DNA of 64,000 nt from an uncultured Oscillospiraceae bacterium (lineage in GTDB: Bacteria > Bacillota > Clostridia > Oscillospirales > Oscillospiraceae): contig CANQQB010000002.1 in the NCBI GenBank assembly GCA_947625845.1, positions 9,122 through 73,121 on the forward strand, in the 5' to 3' direction. The position numbers and the translations under genes are program-made. Shown here one piece after another: positions 45,457 to 52,699 of this stretch. Position 1 is the first letter of the stretch. The number at the start of each line of letters is the position of its first letter. Under the pieces are notes generated by a model, which saw only the letters and a program-made list of their open reading frames with translations, was not told the origin of the DNA and made no database searches.

Positions 45457-46893
45457 ATGCGCATGAAAGCCGAAGACAAGACGATGGAAAAGATCGTGGC
45501 CCTGTGCAAGAACAGGGGCTTCATCTTCGCCGGCTCCGAGATCTACGGTGGCCTGGCCAACTCCTGGGACTACGGTCCTCTGGGCGTGCTGATGAAGCAG
45601 AACGTGAAAAACGCCTGGTGGAAGAAATTCGTCCAGGAGAGCCCCTATAACGTGGGGCTGGACGCGGGCATCCTCATGAACCCCCGGGTGTGGGAGGCCT
45701 CCGGCCACGTGACCAACTTCAACGACCCGCTCATCGACTGCAAGGGCTGCAAGCGCCGCCATCGTGCCGACAAGCTCATTGAAGAGTGGGCCAAGGAGAC
45801 CGGCACCGACATCAACGTGGAAGCCCTGACCAACGACGAGATGGTGGACTATATCCGGGAGAAAAAGATACCCTGCCCCGGCTGCGGCGCCACGGATTTT
45901 TCCGACATCAAGAAGTTCAACCTGATGTTCAAGACCCACCAGGGCGTCACCCAGGAGAGCGGCACGGACGTGTACCTGCGGCCGGAGACCGCTCAGGGTA
46001 TTTTCGTGGACTACAAGAGCGTGCTGCGCACCACCCGCAAAAAGCTGCCCTTCGGCATCTGCCAGATCGGCAAGAGCTTCCGCAACGAGATCACGCCGGG
46101 CAACTTCACCTTCCGTATCCTGGAATTTGAGCAGATGGAGCTGGAGTTCTTCTGCCAGCCGGGGTCGGACCTGGAGTGGTTTAAGTACTGGCGGGAGTTC
46201 TGCCACAAGTGGCTGCTGGAGCTGGGCATGAACGACGAGTACCTGCGCCTGCGGGACCACACCCCCGAGGAGCTGAGCTTCTATTCCAAGGCCACCACGG
46301 ACTTTGAGTATCTGTTCCCCTTCGGCTGGGGCGAGCTGTGGGGCATCGCGGACAGGACGGACTACGACCTGACCCAGCACCAGACCTTCTCCGGGGAGAA
46401 GATGGAGTACAAGGAAGAGGGCATGGACGAGGGCTTCATCCCCTACGTGATAGAGCCGTCTCTCGGCGCGGACCGGGTGATGCTGGCCTTCCTGATCGAC
46501 GCCTACGACGAGGAACAGGTGGGCGTGGACAAGAAGGGCAACCCGGACGTGCGCACGGTGCTGCACCTGCACCCCCAGTTGGCGCCCTACAAGTGCGCGG
46601 TGCTGCCGCTTTCCAAGAAGGACGTGCTGGCCGGGCCGGCCAAGGAGCTGTACGCGAAGCTGGCGAAGGAATTTTCCTGCGACTACGACGAGACCGGCTC
46701 CATCGGCAAGCGCTACCGCCGTCAGGATGAGGTGGGCACGCCGTTCTGCGTGACGCTGGACTTCCAGACCGTGGGCGACGGGGAGGTCGAGGCCGACCAT
46801 TGCGTCACCGTCCGGGAGCGGGACAGCATGGAGCAGGTCCGCATCCCTATGGACCAGGTGGCGGACTACATCGCCCAGCGCGTCAAGTACTAA
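45457..46893 (+). CDS. glyQS: Glycine--tRNA ligase (single-chain alpha2 type)
   Basis: [34 protein letters not shown]; [25 protein letters not shown]; [18 protein letters not shown] upstream of ATG 45457. Confidence 0.92.
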   Translation: MRMKAEDKTMEKIVALCKNRGFIFAGSEIYGGLANSWDYGPLGVLMKQNVKNAWWKKFVQESPYNVGLDAGILMNPRVWEASGHVTNFNDPLIDCKGCKRRHRADKLIEEWAKETGTDINVEALTNDEMVDYIREKKIPCPGCGATDFSDIKKFNLMFKTHQGVTQESGTDVYLRPETAQGIFVDYKSVLRTTRKKLPFGICQIGKSFRNEITPGNFTFRILEFEQMELEFFCQPGSDLEWFKYWREFCHKWLLELGMNDEYLRLRDHTPEELSFYSKATTDFEYLFPFGWGELWGIADRTDYDLTQHQTFSGEKMEYKEEGMDEGFIPYVIEPSLGADRVMLAFLIDAYDEEQVGVDKKGNPDVRTVLHLHPQLAPYKCAVLPLSKKDVLAGPAKELYAKLAKEFSCDYDETGSIGKRYRRQDEVGTPFCVTLDFQTVGDGEVEADHCVTVRERDSMEQVRIPMDQVADYIAQRVKY

Positions 46894-46896
46894 ACC

Positions 46897-47289
46897 GTGG
46901 ACCAGGAGAAAAAGCCCGCTGACCAAAAGTCCGAACAGGAGCCTAAACTCACCGCCGGCCAGGCGTTCGTCAAGTCCATCGGTCCGGCCGGGTGCGCCAT
47001 GTTTTTGATCGTGTTCGTATTGGCGACGGTGCTGTGCTTCACGGTGGGACGGGACCCCATCCCCGGCTATACGCCGCCGGAGCGGGCCAGCTATGAAAAC
47101 GACCTTACGCAGCTGGCGGATATTCTGGAGGAACAGGTCTTCCCGAAGCTGCCGGAGTATGAGATGACCGCCGCGGTGACCGGGGACACCGTGACCGTGA
47201 CAGTCACGGAAGGCAACTTCGCGGCGGCTCGCGCCGCCATATTGCGGTATTTCCCCGCCGACCTCATGGAATTTGCAGAAGGGGGCTGA
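46897..47289 (+). CDS. Hypothetical single-pass membrane protein
   Basis: GTG start with no clear SD. Charged N-terminus, TM segment GCAMFLIVFVLATVLCFTV, then a ~70-aa extracytoplasmic domain. Tightly packed between glyQS and the next gene. Confidence 0.45.
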   Translation: MDQEKKPADQKSEQEPKLTAGQAFVKSIGPAGCAMFLIVFVLATVLCFTVGRDPIPGYTPPERASYENDLTQLADILEEQVFPKLPEYEMTAAVTGDTVTVTVTEGNFAAARAAILRYFPADLMEFAEGG

Positions 47290-47294
47290 CAAGC

Positions 47295-48491
47295 GTGAAG
47301 ATCAAAATCGCGGCGGCCGCGCCGGAGCTGCTGCCCGGCCAGCCGGGCCAGAACATGGCAAACGTGCTGGCGGCTATCGACCGGGCACGGAACGACGGGG
47401 CGTCCATTCTGGTGCTGCCCGCCGGCCTTCCGGAGGACATGAACCGGGGCGCCATCGAGCGCCAGGCCGGGAAGATGACGGTCTATCCCATCATGGAGCC
47501 GTCCCTGCCAAGGGAGGAGCTGGCCCACCCCCACCCGGAGCTGAAAATCTTATGCTGCTCGTCGGACACGGCGGCGACCGTTTCCTCCCACCTGGAAAAC
47601 ATCAACCTGGCGGGCCTTGCCAGCCATGAGAATATGGCCGTGGTGGTCATGGCCTGTCCCATGGGGGGCGACGGGGGGACGCTGTACACCGGCCAGTGCG
47701 TGATCGCGCAGAACGGCGCCATTTTGCAGAGCGACGACGGCTATGTCTTTGCCCGCGTGAGCATACCCAGCCGGGAGAAGGCCGCGCCCGAGGAAGGTCT
47801 GGTCACCGACCAGCCCCACGCACCCTGGACGCCGCTGCCCGAGCAGCTTCCCCGTGTGGTGAAGCTCCAGGGCGAGGGTTTGGCCCGCCGGATGAAGAGT
47901 CTGGGCGCCACCCAGCTCACGGTACATATCGACAGGACTGCCCCGTCCCTGCTGGCGCTGACCGCGGCCGTCACGGCGGTGGATAAATTGAAGCTCTCCC
48001 GCAAGAACATCCACGTCACCGCCGACGGCAACCGGGCCCACCAGATCGCGGCGGCCTTCGGCGTGACATTGGGAGGACAGGGCGGGTTAGAGCTGGACAG
48101 CACGGACCTGACGGCGCGGGTGCTGGAGGGGATAACGCCGGCGGGGTACGCCGTGAACGCCACAGTCCCCCGGAGCGTGGCGCGGCTGGTCATGCGCTGG
48201 TACGCCAACACCTGCGGCGATCTGGACCTGTCCCAGCCCATCCGCTCCATCGCGCGGGACGATGATGGGGAACCCTGGGAGCTTTACGACTTTTTGCTGC
48301 ACTTTTCGCTGGTCTACGACCTGCCCAAGTGGACCCAGGCAAGACTGTTAGAGGACACCTTCGAGGACGAGTACGACCTGGCGGCCATCCAAAAGGTCCT
48401 GGATAGGTTCTTCGACGTGTACCGACGGCCCGCGCCATGCGACGGACCCGTGGTCTTCTCCACGGACACCGTACGGGAAGCCCAGGGATAA
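47295..48491 (+). CDS. NAD+ synthase-like protein (short; catalytic motifs not evident)
   Basis: The N-terminus MKIKIAAAAPELLPGQPGQNMANVLAAIDRARNDGASILVLP is CN-hydrolase-like. The central and C-terminal parts resemble the NadE ATP-PPase region and tail (VLDRFFDVYRRPAPCDGPVV). I cannot find an SGG.DS P-loop or a clear Glu-Lys-Cys triad. Confidence 0.45.
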   Translation: MKIKIAAAAPELLPGQPGQNMANVLAAIDRARNDGASILVLPAGLPEDMNRGAIERQAGKMTVYPIMEPSLPREELAHPHPELKILCCSSDTAATVSSHLENINLAGLASHENMAVVVMACPMGGDGGTLYTGQCVIAQNGAILQSDDGYVFARVSIPSREKAAPEEGLVTDQPHAPWTPLPEQLPRVVKLQGEGLARRMKSLGATQLTVHIDRTAPSLLALTAAVTAVDKLKLSRKNIHVTADGNRAHQIAAAFGVTLGGQGGLELDSTDLTARVLEGITPAGYAVNATVPRSVARLVMRWYANTCGDLDLSQPIRSIARDDDGEPWELYDFLLHFSLVYDLPKWTQARLLEDTFEDEYDLAAIQKVLDRFFDVYRRPAPCDGPVVFSTDTVREAQG

Positions 48492-48505
48492 AGAGAGAGA
48501 AAAAA

Positions 48506-48545
48506 GGCTGTCAAAACTTGCTTTTGACAGCCTGTGACTTTATTT
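48506..48545 (+). terminator. Rho-independent terminator
   Basis: GGCTGTCAAAA-CTTGC-TTTTGACAGCC followed by TGTGACTTTATTT. Confidence 0.6.
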
Positions 48546-48567
48546 GCCCGAAAGGGGAGCTATACTT

Positions 48568-49218
48568 ATGCGAAAGATACTGGCTTTTCTGCTGACCGCG
48601 GCGGTGCTGGTGGTGCCAGCTCTGGCCGACGGCGGAAGCTGCGAGCACCATTTTGAGGTCACGGTGCTGCGGGAGGCGACCTGCGTGGAAGAGGGGCTCG
48701 CGGCCTATCGCTGCGACAAGTGCGGCTATACCTACACGGCCGAGACGCCGCCCAACGCGGCCCACACCCCCGAGGACGCTCCCGCCACCTGCGTGCACAG
48801 CCAGGTGTGCGTGGACTGCGGCAAAATATTGGTCCACGCCACCGGCCACGACTACGCCTATCAGTACGACGCCGTGCGGGACGAAAACGGGAACTTCACC
48901 GCCTGCGGCACCTGGAAGTGCGCCAACTGCGGCAAAATTTTACCGGCCACCGAGGGCAACGCGGCGTATTATTACAGCCTGCCCGAGGCGGAACAGGCGC
49001 TGGCCGCGCCGGACGCCGACAGGGCCAGCGACACGGACGCGGAACCCATCGAACCGGCCACCGACACGGACCTGGACGAGCCAGAACCGGCGGCGGAGGC
49101 CGATGGTGAGGATAACGACGGGCTGTGGATCGCCATATCCGCCGCCGTGGTGACGGCCGTGGTGGCGGAGGCGGTGATACTGGTGCTGTCCCTGCGCAAA
49201 AAAGCGCATGAGCGTTGA
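48568..49218 (+). CDS. Secreted Cys-rich protein with an acidic spacer and a C-terminal membrane anchor
   Basis: Signal peptide MRKILAFLLTAAVLVVPALA. Three C..-spaced modules (ATCVEEGLAAYRCDKCGY; ATCVHSQVCVDCGK; TACGTWKCANCGK). Acidic DTD/EPE stretch. TM anchor WIAISAAVVTAVVAEAVILVLSL followed by RKKAHER. Confidence 0.65.
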   Translation: MRKILAFLLTAAVLVVPALADGGSCEHHFEVTVLREATCVEEGLAAYRCDKCGYTYTAETPPNAAHTPEDAPATCVHSQVCVDCGKILVHATGHDYAYQYDAVRDENGNFTACGTWKCANCGKILPATEGNAAYYYSLPEAEQALAAPDADRASDTDAEPIEPATDTDLDEPEPAAEADGEDNDGLWIAISAAVVTAVVAEAVILVLSLRKKAHER

Positions 49219-49224
49219 GTTGAT

Positions 49225-50499
49225 ATGTTCAGCAATCGCAAATTTACTTATTACGCCTTGACGGTGTGCCTGACGGGGCTGGTGTACACGTTTTTGTGCG
49301 CGGCGCTGGACGAGGGAACTGTCCGGCTCGTCCGCGCGTTCGCGACCGGCTGGTCGGCGGAGGAAATATCCCTCCCCATGACCGTGGGGCGCTTCGCGGC
49401 GGTCCCGCTGGCGGTCGTCTGCTGCCGGGCGATCGACCGCTCCGGCGTGCGCGCCAGCCTCATCGTGTGCACGGCTCTGGCGGCGCTGGGGTGCCTGGGG
49501 CTGGTGTGCGCCAACGGGCTGGATGTGTGCGGCGGCGCGGTGAGCGGGCGGTACGGGCTGTTCGCTCTGTCCCTGGCGCTCATCCCCTGCGCGTGCACGC
49601 TTATCCGGCTCTCTCTCGCGGCGCTGTGTATCCAGTGGTTCATCCGCTTCCGGGGCCGGGCCCTGGCCGTGGTCTTTCTGGGCGGGCCGCTGTTTTCCGC
49701 CGTGGGGGCCGCCGCGCTGGTAAACTTCGTGGCCGTGGCGCTGGGCGGGGACTACCGGCCATTTTACCTGGGCGCGGCGGTGCTTTTGGCGCTGCTGGCG
49801 CTTATCGTTCGGTATCTTCTCCGGGACAGGCCGGAGGACGCCGGCCTCTACCCCGACGGGGACGGCCGGGCTCCGGCGGGCGAGGGGGAGGGTCCCGCGC
49901 CCCCGGCCAAGCTGGCGCGGGACGGGCGGCTGTGGCTCGTATTGCTGGCGGCTTGCGCGCTGGCCTTCGCCGCCGCCGGGACGCTGGAATTTCTGGAGGG
50001 CCGTCTGCTGGCAAAGGGCGGCGGCGGGCCTACGCTTTTGAACCGGGCCGCGCCCTGGCTGGCCCTGGGGGCCATACTGTCCATCCCGGCGGGCTATATT
50101 GCCGGCTGGCTGGGCGACCGGGTGAGCGCGGCGGGCACGGCAGCGCTGTTGGGCCTTGCGGACCTGGCGGCCATCGCGCTGCTGTGGCGGTTTCCCAAGG
50201 AGGTCGACTTGATAACGGGTCTGCCCCTGGCGCTGACCGGAGCCATCGTCACCGGCGGGACGCCGGTGGTGCTGGCCGCGTGCGTGGGCAGGGTCTTTGG
50301 AAGGACCGGCGCGCCGCGCGCGGGACAGCTTATCTATCCCGCCGCCGTGCTGGCCGCGGCATTGACCGGGCCGGTGGGCGCGGCGCTGGGCGGCGGAGCG
50401 CGGGCGCGACTGTATGCGGTGCTGGCCGCCGCCGCGTGCGTTGGCGTGCTGGCGTGTCTGGTCCTGCTGGCCGTGGACAGAAAAAAGAGGGACGAATAA
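49225..50499 (+). CDS. MFS-type transporter
   Basis: 424 aa with ~12 hydrophobic segments and two halves separated by a charged loop (RDRPEDAGLYPDGDGRAPAGEGEG). The overlapping frames 49266..50555(+) and 48940..50610(-) are Arg/Gly/Pro shadows. Confidence 0.7.
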   Translation: MFSNRKFTYYALTVCLTGLVYTFLCAALDEGTVRLVRAFATGWSAEEISLPMTVGRFAAVPLAVVCCRAIDRSGVRASLIVCTALAALGCLGLVCANGLDVCGGAVSGRYGLFALSLALIPCACTLIRLSLAALCIQWFIRFRGRALAVVFLGGPLFSAVGAAALVNFVAVALGGDYRPFYLGAAVLLALLALIVRYLLRDRPEDAGLYPDGDGRAPAGEGEGPAPPAKLARDGRLWLVLLAACALAFAAAGTLEFLEGRLLAKGGGGPTLLNRAAPWLALGAILSIPAGYIAGWLGDRVSAAGTAALLGLADLAAIALLWRFPKEVDLITGLPLALTGAIVTGGTPVVLAACVGRVFGRTGAPRAGQLIYPAAVLAAALTGPVGAALGGGARARLYAVLAAAACVGVLACLVLLAVDRKKRDE

Positions 50500-50504
50500 A
50501 ATCT

Positions 50505-50900
50505 CCGCCGGGAGTGCGCGCTCCCCATTTGTTAGACAGTATGGTATACTACTAACGAAAGGGGTATTACTTATGCCAAAAGGGAAACCGAAATACAGTG
50601 GAGAATTCAAGCAAAGAGTCGTAGAGACAATGATGCGGGAGAAATTGAGCTGCTGCGAGACGGCACAGGAATATGGAATAGCCGATCACACATTAGTTGC
50701 GAAATGGGAGCGCATCTATCTCGAAGAGGGGCCGGAAGGGCTGTATATTGAGCGGCGGGGGCGAGGATAAAGGGCGACCGCTACAATAACCGCAGGATCA
50801 AGGAAAAATTAAAGGGCCTGACACCTGCTCAGCACAGATACAAGGCCCTTCAAGTCGCTTAGCTCCTTTTTTCGTCTAACTTTTGGATTTCACTCCATCA
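50505..50900 (+). mobile_element. Internally deleted IS3-family element (both ends retained; OrfA N-terminus fused to the last ~27 codons of OrfB)
   Basis: 50573-50770 encodes MPKGKPKYSGEFKQRVVETMMREKLSCCETAQEYGIADHTLVAKWERIYLEEGPEGL (HTH_Tnp_1). 50780-50862 reads YNNRRIKEKLKGLTPAQHRYKALQVA. The end TTTTTTCGTCTAACTTTTGG matches the remnant at 2187-2230. The left end ...CCCCATTTGTTAGAC is its inverted counterpart. Confidence 0.7.
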
Positions 50901-50910
50901 ACGCGCCCTT

Positions 50911-50962
50911 CATTATTGACGGCCCCTTTGTGTAAAGGGGGCTGTCAGCGCGCTGCGCTGAC
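50911..50962. repeat. Extragenic repeat, locus I (single TGTGTAA-loop arm)
   Basis: ATTATTGACGGCCCCTTTGTGTAAAGGGGGCTGTCAGCGCGCTGCGCTGAC. Confidence 0.75.
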
Positions 50963-51163
50963 CACCCTCACGCCACGGGCAGGGAGATGTTGTTCACGAA
51001 CACGTAGACTGCGGGACGGGGCAGCGGCGCGAACTGCCGGCGGCCGGCATCCAGAGTACGGAGCTTGCGCATCTTCTTGGTCAGCTTACAAATCTTTTTC
51101 ATGGGTCATGCCCTCCTTGTTTTTTCTTATGGCCCGATTATGCCAGAAAAATCGGTTCGATTC

Positions 51164-51192
51164 TTGCATCTTCATTCGATTTATAGCATAAT
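51164..51192 (+). promoter_or_regulatory. Candidate promoter of the AraC-family gene
   Basis: TTGCAT (51164-51169), 17-nt spacer, CATAAT (51187-51192). The palindrome GCATAATTATGC overlaps the -10 box. Confidence 0.4.
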
Positions 51193-51218
51193 TATGCCGC
51201 AAAAAGGGGGACGGCGGC

Positions 51219-51956
51219 ATGAGTACGATGACGGTGGACGAGAAAAAGCTGCGGTACATGGAGTACATCCACCGGGAGACCGGGGAGCGGCACCACACCA
51301 ACGAGGAGGACATGCGCCAGTACGAGATGCTGCGCGCCGGGGATCCAGGGACCGTGGACGAGGCGGTGCGCATTTTTGCCTCCGACCTGCCGGGGCACGT
51401 GTCCAATGACCCGATAAGAAACTGCAAGTATCTGTTCGTGGCGTCCGCGACCATGGCATGCCGGACGGCGATGGCCGCCGGGATGGAGCCGGAGCGGGCC
51501 TACAACAGCAGCGACCTTTTCATCCTGCGCATGGACGAGATGGACAGCATCGAGGCCATCCGAGCCCTGCGGCGGGAGATGTTCGAGTTTTATTTGAAGG
51601 AGGTGCAGGCCGTGCCAAGGCGCACGCCCTATTCCCGGCCGGTGGCCCGGTGCGTGGACTATATCTACGAGCACCTGCACCAGCGCATCACGGTCCCGGA
51701 CCTGGCGGCGCAGGCGGGCCTGACGGCCAGCTATCTGTCCACGCTGTTCAAGAGGGAGACGGGTCGGTCCATCTCGGACTATGTGCTGGATAAGCGCATC
51801 GAGGCGGCGGGGAATATGCTCAAGTTCTCGGATTATTCCTGCGCGGACATCGGGGCCATCCTGGCGTTCAGCTCCCAGAGCCACTTTATCCGGGCGTTCA
51901 AGGCCCGCACGGGCCTGACGCCGAGAGCCTACCGGGAGCGATTTTTCGAGGGGTGA
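51219..51956 (+). CDS. AraC-family transcriptional regulator
   Basis: C-terminal double HTH: VDYIYEHLHQRITVPDLAAQAGLTASYLSTLFKRETGRSISDYVLDKRIEAAGNMLKFSDYSCADIGAILAFSSQSHFIRAFKARTGLTPRAYR. Confidence 0.9.
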   Translation: MSTMTVDEKKLRYMEYIHRETGERHHTNEEDMRQYEMLRAGDPGTVDEAVRIFASDLPGHVSNDPIRNCKYLFVASATMACRTAMAAGMEPERAYNSSDLFILRMDEMDSIEAIRALRREMFEFYLKEVQAVPRRTPYSRPVARCVDYIYEHLHQRITVPDLAAQAGLTASYLSTLFKRETGRSISDYVLDKRIEAAGNMLKFSDYSCADIGAILAFSSQSHFIRAFKARTGLTPRAYRERFFEG

Positions 51957-51969
51957 AAGGATAATGCGA

Positions 51970-52054
51970 GGGCGCGTCTTTCGACGCGCCCGTTGTCTCT
52001 CCTTCCGTCAACGCTTCGCGCTGCCACCTCTCCTTACACAGGGGAGGCTTTCAA
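51970..52054. repeat. Extragenic repeat, locus J (GGGCGCGTCTTTCGACGCGCCC hairpin plus one arm)
   Basis: This is the inverse orientation of locus D. It is followed by TCTCTCCTTCCGTCAACGCTTCGCGCTGCCACCTCTCCTTACACAGGGGAGGCTTTCAA. Confidence 0.8.
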
Positions 52055-52092
52055 AGCGGACAACCAGCCCGCCGCGAAATGCGGCGGGCCCT

Positions 52093-52650
52093 TCAGACCG
52101 TAGACAAATCGCCGTTCAAGGCCGGTGCCATGAACGGTGATTCTATATGGATGCCAGTAAACAGCCCAAATAGAGCAGAATGCAGGGCTTTCCAGCCTAG
52201 TTTCCATCGCCTCTTCGCCAACTTTTTCAGGTTCATGCATGCAAAGGTGAGCGCGGCCTTTACTTCCATCCGCGCTTGCCCATATTCCTGTGTATACCGA
52301 AATCCGTGCAGTTCCTTTGCTAATCCAAAGCATCGTTCAATCGTTTCCTGCCTCTTTGGATAGTATTCCCGCACCCCTACCGTATACTCGTTTTCTTCCG
52401 CTTCCTCCAAATACTCCGCCCATACATGCCGCGTCACTGTCTTTACATGGTCCTTGCTCTCCGTACACTTCCCCAGATACGGACACCTTGCGCATTTTTG
52501 CCCTTCGCTCCTGTATTCCCGGTATCCCTCCCGGTTCGTCGTGTAGTACAAAAGCACCTGGTCATTTGGACATAGATAACAGTCATGGTATTCGTCATAC
52601 ACATACTCATGCTTCGGAAAGAACCCCTTGCCTTTTTCTGTTTCTTTTTT
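52093..52650 (-). pseudogene. IS1182/IS5-type DDE transposase C-terminal fragment
   Basis: FFPKHEYVYDEYHDCYLCPNDQVLLYYTTNREGYREYRS...CARCPYLGKCT...RHVWAEYLEE...YPKRQETIERCFGLAKELHGFRYTQEYG..RMEVKAALTFACMNLKKLA is the zinc-ribbon plus C-terminal DDE_Tnp part only. The N-terminal half is absent. The track ORF extension to 52899 is antisense to polA. Confidence 0.7.
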
Positions 52651-52699
52651 GCGGAAAATATGGTATGATTTCAGAAAACCATCGGAAAGGACGGGCGGT

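Noticed and set aside
45346-50610. ORFs 45346..47292(-), 48940..50610(-), 49266..50555(+)
   Set aside because: They are shadow frames over glyQS, the MFS transporter and their neighbours. The translations are Arg/Gly/Pro/His-rich.
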